DNA of 64,000 bases from Lytechinus pictus (GCF_037042905.1 NC_087250.1:7318001-7382000); one strand, 5' to 3'; positions 12,791 to 25,625 are shown, counted from the stretch's first letter. Program-made: numbers and translations. Notes: generated by a model not told the origin, from the sequence alone.

Positions 12791-13106
12791 ATTTATTGTG
12801 TGTCCGGACGATCAATTTTAGAAAGTCATTTGGAAAAGTTTACAAGCGAATTTTCATCAATTTTTTGTACAAAATGTTAAGAAATTTTATACAGAACAAA
12901 TAGATGATGATTACAACTATTGAATTCATATTTTTAGTGTAATCCAAAGACAAAAAAAGAAGGTTTCTAAAATATAAAGTGTCTGGACACCCGACCCCCA
13001 ATCCTACTATATAAGTGTTACAAATCTGGTCGAAATCGATTTGTGTTTAGTGCAACATGCTCAGAGTAGATTTATTGTTTCGTTTCCTATATCGTTCCAC
13101 TTTCAG

Positions 13107-13292
13107 GCCGCAAGAGCAACATTTGACGCTCTGATCGGCATCACCGGTTTCTTCCTCTTTATACTCTGCATCGTTTCGGCTTCTTTCGGATGCTACGCCT
13201 TGTGCCGAAGATGCGAACCATGCTGCACGATTCGTTGCTGCAATGGTGGCGGCTGTAGCGATTGTTGCAGGAATCCGCCGCCACCGGTCACG
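13107..13292 (+). CDS. MS4A/CD20-like protein, exon encoding TM4 and the Cys-rich juxtamembrane segment
   Basis: tttcag|GCC...ACG|gtgaga, 186 nt, phase 0-0: AARATFDALIGITGFFLFILCIVSASFGCYALCRRCEPCC...PPPPVT; the S-F-G-C end of TM4 is typical of MS4A. Confidence 0.85.
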
Positions 13293-13348
13293 GTGAGACA
13301 TTCTGGAGTTATTAAGACGGGGGCGTCCTTGAAAAATCACATTCTTAA

Positions 13349-13812
13349 AGGACAAGTCCATCCAAACAAAAACTTGATTTGAATAAAGAGAGAAAAATCC
13401 AACAAGCATAACGCTGAAAATTTCATCAAAATCGGATGTAAAATAAGAAAGTTATGACATTTTAAGTTTTGCTTCATTTCACAAAACAGTTTTATGCACA
13501 TCTCGGTCGGTATGCAAATGAGGGAACTGATGACATAACTCACTCACTATTTCTTTTGTATTTTATTATACGAAATTTGAAATATTTTGAGTTTCTCGTC
13601 ATTGTCATGTGAAATGAAGTTTCATTCCACACTGAATACGTGGAATTCCATTATTTTAACATTTTGTGGTTCAGGCAAGGAGGTCCTAATTGTAACTGAA
13701 ATGTCATAACTTTCTTATTTTACATCCGATTTTGATGAAATTTTCAGCATTGTGCTTGTCTGATTTTTCTCTATTGATTCAAATCAACAATTTGCTGAGG
13801 TGGACTTGACCT
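13349..13812. mobile_element. Kolobok-like MITE (family A)
   Basis: TTAA TSD; TIR AGGACAAGTCCA / TGGACTTGACCT; relative at 38418-39012. Confidence 0.85.
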
Positions 13813-14582
13813 TTAAAGATTTAAGAAACTTTCTCTGTCCCGCATTTCCAACCGTCTCAAGTTAATCAAAGACGCATAGAAGGGATTTAAATTAACAGTC
13901 CATTGGAACCGTTTTTGTTCTACACGAAATCCTTTTTTATACAACATATGGGATTCTTGATGGTTTAAAGAAGCTCATAAGTTGTATAAAGAACCCCATA
14001 CAAAACTAATAGGGTTCTTCACTTCATCAAGAACCATATAGGCTGTATTCGGAACCTTAAAGTTTCTTGTAGAAAAAAAAAAAAATTTTAAACAATTTTT
14101 AAAGGACTGTTTTAAACACTTTTCTGTTTCTTTGAAAGACATTAAGAGGTGATAATTATTCGTAACAGTCTTCTTTTCAAGGTGTGAATAAAATACAATT
14201 ACAAGTTCTCAATATTTTAATCGCGATGTGGGTAGTGCTACGGAACTGGGCGACCCATGTGGTTGGGGTAGTGTTAGGGGAAAAAATGATTTCGAATTAA
14301 GTGGGGGCTGATGGCATGTGAGTGACAAATGTCTTATATTTAGCAGTAGCCCTATCATTGATGTTCGATCTGAAATTTTAAAAAAATAGGGGGAGGGTGC
14401 AGTGTATACAGTGTAACACTGCAATACTATTCAGTTGAGAAAACAACATATGACGTCACATTTACAAAGGCCTATAGTTCGTCTTGCCCCTATCGAAATA
14501 ACCTGGTGCGACCTCTACAACATGACATGAAAGATGTCTTGTCTGTGTGATTTTAAATGAGCAGGGGTTTCAACAAGAGAGG

Positions 14583-14684
14583 GTGTGTGTGTGTGTGTGT
14601 ATTTGAGTTTTGTCAGACGTGTATCAATCAGATATGATTATTTACGTCTGGGACCGACCTTTAACGTCACCATCCGAAAGACGT
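14583..14684 (-). mobile_element. 5'-truncated copy of the candidate 7SL-headed SINE
   Basis: Reverse complement matches 29825-29927 essentially exactly, including the (CA)n tail. Confidence 0.85.
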
Positions 14685-14703
14685 AAAAGATTTAATTATG
14701 AAT

Positions 14704-14773
14704 CACCGAACGTAGATGACAGCAAAACACGGTAGTGTTGCATGCCGTGTGTTGCTGCCCTCTACGTTCGTTG
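14704..14773. mobile_element. 70-bp deletion derivative of the P-like element
   Basis: CACCGAACGTAGATGACAGC...GCTGCCCTCTACGTTCGTTG; near-TSD TTATGAAT/GTATGAAT. Confidence 0.8.
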
Positions 14774-14781
14774 GTATGAAT

Positions 14782-15253
14782 TAGAGGTCGCACGGGCCTA
14801 ATTACAACTGGCAGGCAAAAGATATTCATTCGAGCCAACCCATTGCTCAATTTTTAAATTTGACATTGCTGATTGACAAAAATGAATGAATATGACTGAC
14901 AATCTAACACTGATTCTAGGGAGGGTACCTACTGAACTTTCTTTTTCCAAATTGGAAAGATATTTCACCACTATGGACCTATATTTTTACTGGCGGAAGA
15001 ATTAGGGTAATTTTACTCTCTCAAGTGATGAATTTGGTCCCGTCAGGTGTAGTCTTCGTAAATGCTGATTTATTTTTAAAATGAGCCGGTCGAGGTACCC
15101 TTTTCTGGTCAGATATGGAATGTCAGACATTTATCCTATCCACTGGTAGTAAACATTCAACCCTCGAATTTCCTCCTTATTTTTTATGAATTCTTTTTAA
15201 GTGCCACTTTAACACACGAGTCTATGGGAAATGAATTAGGCCTGTGAGCCCTA
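14782..15253. mobile_element. TAG...CTA-terminated MITE (possibly Academ-like)
   Basis: TAGAGGTCGCACGGGCCTAATT / AATTAGGCCTGTGAGCCCTA; homologous to the units in 33630-37192. Confidence 0.65.
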
Positions 15254-15482
15254 GATTCCACTTAAAATGCCGACGCGTATGTGATACGCAACGTGCAATA
15301 TACGCAGTAGTGCATATCCTCTTGGCATGATCTGACCATTGACTTACTCCATGATCTGACCAATCCCATCATGCATTTTATAAAGCACGTGACTAGACAT
15401 TTAAGTGTGACTCTAATTTAAAACGTTGTGAAACACCCCCAGGATTGGTATCATGATATTACTTTCTGCTCCCCTCCCACAG

Positions 15483-15537
15483 GCTGTCTTCCAACCCCAA
15501 GGGAATGCTGTTACTACTACACCTGGTCAACAACAAG
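15483..15537 (+). CDS. MS4A-like protein, short cytoplasmic exon
   Basis: cccacag|GCT...CAAG|gtatgg, 55 nt, phase 0-1: AVFQPQGNAVTTTPGQQQ; bridges the frames of the flanking exons. Confidence 0.8.
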
Positions 15538-15767
15538 GTATGGGTTATTAGAAGATAAATGGCAGTTACCATGGTAACTGATGTGATCTATGAAGCGAAG
15601 TTTTTTTTCTTCAGAAATTGGAATAAGTAAATGAAGGTTTCCGTAGTTAGGCCTAATAATGGTGGCGGTGGTGGTAGTAGTGGTGGTGGTGGTGATGTTA
15701 GCTTGTGATATTGGACATACTTATGATAATGACATAAAAGATGATGTTGAACGTGGGGTCTACGAAG

Positions 15768-16441
15768 AATGATGATGATGATGGTGATTATGATGGTGAT
15801 GATGATGATGGTGATGATGATGATGATGGTGATGATGTTGATGATGATGATGGTGATAATAATGATGATCATGATCATGATGATGATAGTGGTGATGATG
15901 ATGGTGATGATGATGGTGGTGATGATGATGATGATGATGGTGATGATCATGATCATGGTGATGATGATGGTGATGATAATGATGATCATGATCATGATCA
16001 TGATGATGACAGTGGTGATGATGATGATGGTGATGATGATGGTGATGGTGATGATGATGATGATGATGGTGATGGTGATGATGGTGATGATAATGATGAT
16101 CATGATGATGATGATGATAGTGGTGATGATGATGATGGTGATGGTGATGATGGTGATGATGGTGATGATAATGATCATGATGATGATGATGATAGTGGTG
16201 ATGATGGTGATGATGATGATGGTGATGGTGATGATGATGATGATGGTGATGATAATGATGATCATGATGATGATGATGATAGTGGTGATGATGATGGTGA
16301 TGATGATGATGGTGATGGTGATGATGATGATGATGGTGATGATAATGATGATCATGATCATGATGATGAAAGTGGTGATGATGGTGATGATGATGATGGT
16401 GGTGATGATGATGATGATGGTGATGATAATGATAATGATAA
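15768..16441. repeat. Compound (GAT/GGT)n microsatellite, intronic
   Basis: Direct inspection. Confidence 0.95.
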
Positions 16442-16698
16442 CTGCAGGAAAAGACACAAATAAATGAGAAAAAGATGAAAAATGAGTGCATTAGAAAAGA
16501 CTGATTAGGAGCAAATTTTCCAATCAAAATTAACTTTAGTTCTTCTTATTGGAACAGTTTTCCGTATTCATTCATGTAAGTAAATAAAAAAGAACACTTC
16601 ATATTAGCGTTGTAACAATGTAATGGGTTATCATGTGAGGAAAACGTCGGAATAGTTATTATTTTAAAAAAAAAATCGTGTTTTTTTTATATATCTAG

Positions 16699-16946
16699 CT
16701 GGAATGTATATCGTACAGCAGGGACCGCCTCCCGCCATACAGTATCCAAACGTTGTTCTGCAACCACCTAACTCCACCAATAACGGACAAGGATTCTATG
16801 TGGTACCGCCTCCAACCTCCGGAGCTCCGCCCCCAACCCATCCAATGCCCAATCAGATGGATCCTCGGCAACCTTACCCCGATGGTCCTCCCACCTACGC
16901 CTACAGCCAGCAGATCACCCCTGTCGAACACCCAACTAAGGAATAG
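16699..16946 (+). CDS. MS4A-like protein, terminal coding exon with Pro/Gln-rich tail and PPxY motif
   Basis: tctag|CT GGA ATG...; (A)GMYIVQQGPPPAIQY...DGPPTYAYSQQITPVEHPTKE, stop TAG at 16944-16946. Confidence 0.85.
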
Positions 16947-17266
16947 AAAATAGTTTATTTCTCCCTCTCCACTCTCCTCTCTCCTCTTCTCCCCTCTCAC
17001 TTCCCCTCTCTTCATCCCCCCTCCTTACCTACTCCCGGCTCACTTACCCATCAGTTAGCCACACTGGCGAACAGATGGGGGGTGAGCTTTGGGACCATGG
17101 ACCACCAAACGTTTCACTACCAAGACAAAAAAAAAAGGAAAGAAGGGGTAAGGGAAAGGATGAATATGATAATCATCTGAACATTATGTCAAAATATATC
17201 ACATAATTAGATTTTTGTATTATAAAATGTGAAAAAAAATGTGATTGCTCACCTTTTTTGTCCCAC

Positions 17267-17527
17267 GGGTCGTGTGGTCCAGTGGTTAGAGCATTGGACT
17301 CATAATCGCAAGGTTGTGAGTTCGAATCCCAACTCTGCCATTGTCTCCACTTTGATAAAAAGGCCCAAGAGTGATATTTGTCGTCTATTACGTCAGCCAC
17401 TATGACTGATTAACCTAGACGTAAAATGTTTCCAAGGTAATTGGTTATATACCAGCTTGGCGTTTACCAGCAAAAAATGCTGTCCTGCCGAGTTCCTATG
17501 GGAGTTACCACAAACAGAAACAGAAAC
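17267..17527 (+). mobile_element. tRNA-derived SINE
   Basis: A box TGGTCCAGTGG, B box GTTCGAATCC, about 190-nt body and (CAGAAA)n-like tail. Confidence 0.8.
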
Positions 17528-18053
17528 CATTTGCCAAGTCTGGCCCCTATCATAGTGCTTTGCTCATTACGCCAATAGCTAGATTTAAGGGTACTCCGAA
17601 ATCCAAACATGTTTCGTATTTCTGTTTGACATTCTTTAAAAAATTGGTACTAAATCCTCATCAGTTGGACGAGCGTTGGTTATCAAGTGCATGTTTTCAA
17701 ATAATTACATTAAAAAATCAAACTCGTGTCGAAAGATATGCTTGTGGCTAGACATGGAATCGTTTCGCTCCCTCCCCCTTACCAGAGCAAGCACTGATCA
17801 TTCGTCCCAGGTTTCGCTAATTACCCCCCACAAACACACACATGTTTACCCCCCCCCCCCCGTGGCCTTCCCCTCATAGTACACCCCCATCCCCCTATCT
17901 CCCCAGTTTCAACGACATAATCCTCCGTCCCCCTGGAATGGATATGATCCATGCTAAACAAGTTTCATGATTATCAAAATTTGTTAATAGTCTGCCAAAT
18001 CAATTCGTCATCGTAAAGCCAGCTAGACTTTGAAAAAGTGCAATGGTGTTTAA

Positions 18054-18636
18054 AGGAGAATGAAACCCTTGAAACTAGCTGAATCCATATCAAAGAGAAA
18101 AATCAAAGAAACATATTGTTGAAAGTTTGAGGAAGATTGAATGAATAATAAGAAAGTTATGAGCATTTGAATATTGAGATCACTAGTGCAATGTAGATCC
18201 TCCCATCGGCAATGCGACCAAGATCTGTGATATCACACACGTACAACTCCCTCATTACTTTAGTACTTATTTCACTTATATTCTCACTTTTATAGAGTCT
18301 ATCACAAAGTTAGGTGTTTTCTTTATGAGATGACAAGTACAGAGGTTTCACAATATTATATCATTGATGAATCGTTTGTCATATGATTAGAATGAGCAAA
18401 AATAGATGTTTTGGGGTATATTTTCAGTGTCCGAATGGGAGAGTTGTACGTGTGTGACATCACAGATCTTGGTCGCATTGCCAATGGGAGGATCTCCATA
18501 GCATTAGTGATCTCGACATTCAAATGCTCATAACTCTTTTATTGCTAGTCCTATTTTACTCAAAGTTTTGTTGATCTTATTCTTTGATTTTTCAGCTTTC
18601 ACAAAAGCTAACTTGCTCCAAGAGTTTCATTCTCCT
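18054..18636 (+). mobile_element. Kolobok-like MITE (family B), copy 1
   Basis: TTAA TSD; TIR AGGAGAATGAAAC; near-identical to 18925-19506 and 27207-27790. Confidence 0.9.
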
Positions 18637-18924
18637 TTAATGAAATAATACATGTTTTATATTATAACTTGCTTTCGTAGTACAGATGCAGCTAAAACTT
18701 TTTATGTATGTATTAGATAATTTATATTTCATTGTCGTCACTACATGTTTCATTCAACAAACGAGTAGAAGGCAAGGAGACATGTGCAGTCATGAAAGTG
18801 TGCTGTAACATAGTTCCGGCACATTTTTTTTTCGTTGAGTAATTTACCAAAATGTGCAGTAACACGGTCTCAGCTACATTATGCAATTCAATATGTAGCA
18901 GTCGTTTTTGCTTAGTGACATTAA

Positions 18925-19506
18925 AGGAGAATGAAACTCTTGGAGCAAGTAAGCTTTTGTGAAAGCAGACAAATCAAAGAATAAGATCAACAAAAGTTTG
19001 AGTAAAATAGGACTAGCAATAGAAGAGTTATGAGCATTTGAATGTCGAGATCACTAATGCAATGGAGATCCTCCCATTGGCAATGTGACCGAGATCTCTG
19101 ATGTCACAGATGAACAACTCTCCCATTTTGGACACTGAAAATATACCCCAAAACATCTCTTTTTGCTCATTCTAATCATATGACAAACGATTTATCAATG
19201 ATATAATGTTGTGAAACCTCTGTACTTGTCCTCTCATAAAGAGAACACCTCACCTTGTGATAGACTCTATAAAAGTGAGAATATAAGTGAAATAAGTACT
19301 AAAGTAATGAGGGAGTTGTATGTGTGTGACATCACAGATCTTGGTCGCATTGTCAATGGGAGGATCTACATGGCATTAGTGATCTCAATATAAATGCTCA
19401 TAACTTTCTTATTATTCATTCAATCTTCCTCAAACTTTCAACAATATGTTTCTTTGATTTTTCTCTTTGATATGGATTCAGCTGGTTTCAAGGGTTTCAT
19501 TCTCCT
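18925..19506 (-). mobile_element. Kolobok-like MITE (family B), copy 2, inverted
   Basis: TTAA TSD; reverse complement of copy 1. Confidence 0.9.
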
Positions 19507-20794
19507 TTAAACACTAGTTACATTTTTGTAACCTTTTTTTACAGTTTGATCCCCGGGGTATGATAAGCTTGCCCAAACTTATACGTATACTTACGATTTA
19601 ATATAGCAAGCATACGTTAAAAGAGGAGTTTTATTCAAGTTTGTTGACCTGGCGTGACCTTTGACCTCGGTATTGCGATATGAAGACTGTGTCACATAAT
19701 TTGCTTTACATTGGGTATTTATTATAGAGACATGTTCTATGGAATAGTAAAAACAAAAAAAGAAAACGCTTTTTTGGATACAAAAAAAAGCTCGGCTGCT
19801 TCATTCGCTCGTCTATAATATCTCTCACATCTTATTCTTGCCCACAACATGCTTTCTGTGTTCTTCTGTTTTGCCTGAAATGAACTTTCACCTTGATTTT
19901 GAAACCAGTGGGGGTGTTTTATGAAGTCAATAGCCAGTGAGTATTACTGACAGATGTTTCCCGAGCCAATCAGATGCAAGGATTTCGATAGCTTATAACA
20001 ATTGTCAGTGAAAATCATTGAATGATTATTTGATGGAAAACTCCCCCACATTTTCTGTCACATGATGTGTGACACTAAATTGCCCAGTAGGGTATTGTAT
20101 TTCCAGAGTAATGTTTATCATGGTATCATCTGTAAAAGTTTGATCATAGCAGAGACTCCCATGAACATAGTTCAATTTTTGATGTCGACAACGCTGCGGC
20201 GGCTTTTGCCGACGAAAAAGCGACGCCTGTGTGTCTCGCCTCTGTTACGGCCGCAAAACATTTTGTTGATGCCAGTGTTTTAAGTGTGTTTAATTCATTT
20301 GAAATAATTTTCAATAAGATTAATTGTAAAGGATTTGTAAGTGGTGGTCCATGTATAGTTTGAGAGAGATCATAGAGTTAGATATACTCAGATACTAATA
20401 AGAATAGATGAAGGACTGAAATGTTTTTTATTGATTTATAATTTCTTACTACATTTACTGCATTTTCGTTTCATTGATTCATTGCTTTAATGAAAGTATA
20501 GTTTTTGAAAGAGCTTTGTATGATTGAAAATTATATAGTTCTGTATGAACTCTGTTGTGATTTTGATTTAAGAAATCAAGAAATGAACAGCACTATTAAA
20601 TGGCAATCAATGCATCACTTTGCTAAATATCGAATCTAAAATGGCTACATTTTCACGTATTGCTCCGATTGAGAAAAAAAATGACTAGTTGTCAATTTTA
20701 ATCTGCCTTATTATTAAATAAAAAAGCGTGTGACACATAGCCTCTGTAATTGTCATTATTTGCGGATTTGCCGCATCCCCCGATTTGTAGAAAA

Positions 20795-23375
20795 CCAGCA
20801 AATTCCTTCTCCTCGCCTATAGAGTTCAAGTAGAAGATGATACAAATGTTGGTTCAATTCACTCTCAATTTGAGCTAAAGTTGATTACTAGAGATTTTGT
20901 TTTGAAACAGATTGATATTCTGAGTATAGATAAATCAACTGGGGAAGATCATGTCAGCTGCAAACTTTTAAAGATGACAAAAAATGTTATCGCAGAGTCC
21001 CTTTGTGATATTATTAACAAATCCCTTTCTACTGGAGTTTTTCCTCATGAATGGAAAAAGGCTCGGGTGGTACCAATATTTAAATCTGGTGATATTTCTT
21101 CGTTGAATAATTACCGCCCCATTTCTATATTACCAATCGTAAGTAAAATTTTAGAAAGGGCTGTTCACCAACAGCTAAGTGAATTCTTGGACGTGAATGA
21201 TTTATTACACCCAAATCAATCTGGTTTTCGGCCTATGCATTCAACAACTACTGCCCTTGCAAAACTTGTAAATCAGTGGTCGTTAAACATTGATAACAAT
21301 TTAATTTCTGGAGTTGCGTTCATAGATCTTCGGAAGGCCTTTGATACCGTGGACCATGAGCTGCTTTTAAAGAAATTAGCTTTGCATTGGTTGTAGTAAT
21401 AGGACTATCACTTGGTTCAAATCATATTTATTTGATCGGCAACAAGTGACACAATTCAAAGGAGCCAAATCGCACCCTTCAATCGTCAAATTAGGCGTGC
21501 CACAAGGGTCAATTCTAGGTCCCCTTTTATTTTCAATATATGTTAATAGTTTACCTGAATGTATTCATGAAGGTATCATAGATATGTACGCTGACGACAC
21601 GACACTTACCGTCAGAGCGAATGATGCGACAGTTTTGGAAGAAAAATTAACTGTTGCATTAAACAAGGTCATGGCATGGATTAAAGATAATCAGCTCGTC
21701 CTCAACACTGAAAAAACTTGTGTCATGATAATAGGTTCTCGTGCTAATCTCAGGAAAATAGATTCTTTCACGATTTCGTTAATCGGTGATTTGATAAATA
21801 GAGTTAAACTCACCAAATGCTTAGGAGTTTTGATAGATGAAGAACTGAAATGGTCAAAACAAATTGAAAATGTATGTAAACTTACTCAGAAAAGTATTGG
21901 CATAATAAAGAGAGCGAAAAGTTCTTTGCCTGTGCAGTCCTTAAAGTTGCCTTTTATTACAGTTTAAAGTTGCCAATATTTGATTACTGCTCTGCGGTAT
22001 TGTCGAATGGATTTCAATCCCATACAATTAAGCTGCAAAAAATTCAGAAGAGGGCTGCAAGAATAATATTGAGCAAGACATACGACACACCGTCGGCTGA
22101 TTTGTTCGCAAGTCTTAAAGGGGAATCCAGCCTTGGCCATAAAATGTTGTGTTGGGAAGGAGAAAAATAAATGAAACAGAATGGTGAAAGTTTGAAAGAA
22201 ATCGGACAAGCAATAAAAAAGTTATAGCTGCTTTAAAATTGAGATCATTAATAGTATGTAGAATTCAAATTGGCAACTGGGTAAGTAAATTATGACAAGG
22301 GGCAAGGACAACTTTCCCATAGGCCATGTACTTTATTATCAGGGTTTTGTGGTTTTCTCCTAAGTACCCATTCCCCTGGGGCAGTAATCTAAAAATAACC
22401 CAGGTAGTATATTGTTTTATGTCCTCATGAAAGAAAAATATAATTTGAAATAAAACTTTGGGGAAAATGACATTTTAGCCATAATATGTATTGGAGTACA
22501 TGGAAGAGTAGTCCTTGCCTTACATCACTATGACATCCCATATGCGGCCAATTTGAAGTCTCCATGGGTATAGTGATTACCAATATTTACAACTTTTAAA
22601 AATTCATAACTTTCTTGTTGTTTGTCCAATATTTTTGAAACTTTCACATATCAACTTGTCTGATTTTTCTTTTTCTTATAAAAACAAGTTTTCATTTGGG
22701 TTGAATTCCCCTTTAAATGGATGACACTAGACAAACGATTTGAGCTCAGTCGCGTTTTGATGATATATAAATGTGTTCATAATTTAGCACCTTCTTACCT
22801 TCAGGTAAACTTAACCAATCCAAATGATGTACATGAACATCATACCAGACAGAGAGACAGTGGATATTTACGCGTGCCCAAGTTTCGCACTGATTGTTAT
22901 AAGTGTAGTCCAATTGTATCTTCAATATTTGAATGGAATAAGCTTGATAATTCAATTAGAACAGCTCCTTCTGTCATTTCATTTAAGAGAATGTTTAGAA
23001 GAACTTGTAATTTATAAATAACTTGCGGAACATCCACTGTTGTGCGTATTTTGTGTTAGCATGACCTTGATGATTTGGTGTATATTATCAGTATTTTCAA
23101 GATGTCGTTCTTAGTTAATTTGATTTATTGATATTTGATTATACGTCAAACGAGTGCCCGTCTGCGTTTTGTTTGCTGCTAAGTTTGTTAATGTTTCGTT
23201 TTACATTCAAATTCTAATGTGAATTTTAATGCCGTAACATTCTGTACATACGTTATACATTTTGTAAATATGTTTATTGTTATTCAGGGCCCCATGGAAG
23301 ACCACTACTTATTGGTGAATGGGCTACCCTTTCAAAATATCAGAAACAAATAAATAAATAGATTAAATAAATAAA
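20795..23375 (+). mobile_element. 5'-truncated CR1/L2-group LINE with a disrupted ORF2 reverse transcriptase
   Basis: Motifs NYRPISILP, QSGFR, FIDLRKAFDTVDH, GVPQGSILGPLLF and YADD (21587-21598); frameshifts at about 21380 and 21960; MITE insertion; (TAAA)n tail. Confidence 0.95.
22119..22712 (+). mobile_element. Kolobok-like MITE (family C) inserted in the LINE
   Basis: TTAA TSD; TIR AGGGGAATCC; near-identical copy at 54611-55205. Confidence 0.9.
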
Positions 23376-23514
23376 TATATATGCCAAGAAATCTCTGTTT
23401 TTAATTTTTACAAATTTCACTGTCTAAACAAGGATCGAAGCGTGGAAACCCTTTTAACAACTATGCTCTGTTCATCATTGAGCTCTTCGCGTTTGCGTTT
23501 CTGCATTATAATAA

Positions 23515-23787
23515 GGGACCCGTCTTACAACGAGTTGCGATTGATTAAATCAATTACAACTATGGACGGCCTGCAACGTCAACATCTATTTTGCATGTTT
23601 GTTCAAAATATTTTCTAACTATGATGCATACTACATGCATTCATTGTTTTCTTGAAAATTCACTGCGCTTCTTTTTGTTTACCACGGACATTATGCAAAT
23701 ACCTTGGTGAAGAAATTATGACACTGATGGATTTCCATAGAGTTACGATTGATCGGATCAAGCGTAACTCTTTGTAAGACGGGGCCC
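23515..23787. mobile_element. Harbinger-like MITE
   Basis: TIR GGG(A/C)CCCGTCTTACAA; inverted relative at 32195-32467. Confidence 0.8.
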
Positions 23788-24526
23788 TGTGTTTTTCGCT
23801 CCGGGACGCACAATGAACAAAATAACAAAGTAAATATATTCAAAATCCTTGGTAAATGACAAAGGACAGCTCGGAGGTCTTTGTCGAAAAATTGGTTAAC
23901 TGGAACAGCCATTTAGTCTAAGTTTCGGAGCTGCCGAAAAAATGCATATATGTTTTGAAAAAGGTGCTCCTTTTTTTCATACATTCACAAAAAATTTTAA
24001 TTGTTGAAAAAGATTTGTACACAGTCATCATAAACAGAATTTCAGAGATATAAATTAGTAGGAAAGTACACGTTTATTGCTACGTTCTTTTCAAATTATC
24101 AGAATGAAAACTACACAAAATACTTTTGAACACACTTTTAACCAACTTTGCGGGGCGGGAGTAACCAACTTTTTTCTCAATTCAAATGAAAGGTGTAATA
24201 CAGTTACTACACGACCTATTTTTTCTTCGTTTTTCATTTACCCCCTTTCGTCCTTGCCCCCCCCCCCGTGTGTAACCGTCACTAGATGTCCCATAGAGCT
24301 TTTTAATATAATTTCCTTATCTTATTTGCAATTCGTTTGAAGGAAGTGGAACAAAGCTTAGCATTGATCGTAGAACATTTCTGTTACGATTGCTTGCATT
24401 GACCACAATGTACAATCAATCCTAAAATACAAGCATTAACAGTTTATAATCTTTTTATTACGGGGGCCCAGAGCATGTCAATTTTAAGCTGTTGGTTTGT
24501 GAATTTTCTAAGGAATTATGAAGATT

Positions 24527-24931
24527 TTTATTATTATTATTATTATTATTTGTTTGGCGTCATCTGTGCCTGGGAGGAGAAGAGCGAACTGAATCACTGT
24601 GACCCGCAGGTCTCTCCTCCCGATATAACTTATTGGGGGGGGGGGGGGGTGCAGGTGGACCACTACACCGGGGTTTCCCCCTACTCTTATACGAATAGTG
24701 CAGTGGGTTCTTAACGTGCAAAGGTGGTGACTCTCCTCTACACGGGGCCTCCATTTAACGTCCTATCCGAGGGACGTAGTGTTTTCCATTGTAACATAGC
24801 CTGCATCTATGAAACATGGGAGAGACGTTTACACACAACGCACTGGCTTCAGTCATCCGCCCGGGGTGGACTCGAACCCACGATCTTTGGTTCGACGGGC
24901 AGACGCGTTACCGACTGAGCCAACACCGCTC
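24527..24931 (-). mobile_element. Full-length tRNA-headed DeuSINE-type SINE
   Basis: Minus strand shows A box TGGCTCAGTCGG, B box GGTTCGAGTCC, Deu-like core CTCGGATAGGACGTTAAATGGAGGCCCC...AAGAGTAGGGG..ACCCCGGTGT and an (AAT)n tail. Confidence 0.85.
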
Positions 24932-25076
24932 TTTCATCATGGTAAATTTTGATTTCGATTTAAGTCATCTTCGTTGAACAAAATGCCACCAAATACAGTC
25001 AAAATAACAGTACATATTCAAAATATCGCAAACAGTTCGATGAGAGTACATAAACAAATATAAAAAAGGTCAACAC

Positions 25077-25120
25077 CAACGAACGTAGAGGGCATGTGTT
25101 TCTGCCCTCAACGTTCGTTA
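25077..25120. mobile_element. 44-bp minimal derivative of the P-like element
   Basis: CAACGAACGTAGAGGGCA-8 nt-TGCCCTCAACGTTCGTTA; near-TSD GTCAACAC/GTAAACAG. Confidence 0.75.
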
Positions 25121-25382
25121 GTAAACAGAAACTGAGGTGAACCCCAATGAGTTTGGCTTAAAAATAAATAAATGGAACAGAACGGTGGGGCATGCCAAGA
25201 ATAGCCAAGCTTGTTTGCAAGATAACGAAAGACTATTCTGCCATACACAATATTTTTTTACAATCTGCGTGAGTTGAGACACACAATTGGCAATATTTAT
25301 TTTAGAATCTTTAAGATATGTTGATACCGAGAATCGTTGGCTATTTTTCTGCATTTTTGTTAATTTCCCTTCATTTTTAGCC

Positions 25383-25625
25383 CATCATCATCATCATCAT
25401 CACCAACACCATCATCATCATCACCACCGCCGCCACCACCACCAACAACAACATCATAATCACCATAATCATTTTCATTATCCCCATGTTCAACATCATC
25501 ATAAATGAGATAATCATAATCACGGTAATTATGCCTATTATATATCGTAAGCAAACATCATCACCACCACCATCACGACAACCACCACCACCGTCACCAT
25601 CATTATCAACTCCGCCACCGCAACC
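25383..25625. repeat. (CAT/CAC)n microsatellite
   Basis: Direct inspection; positional counterpart of the GAT tract downstream of exon 15483-15537. Confidence 0.85.

Noticed and set aside
15588..16527. Long poly-Asp/His/Ile/Met ORFs
   Set aside because: Translations of an intronic GAT microsatellite
17267..17340. tRNA-Met(CAT) gene
   Set aside because: Poor acceptor stem; continues into a SINE body and tail with no immediate T-run terminator
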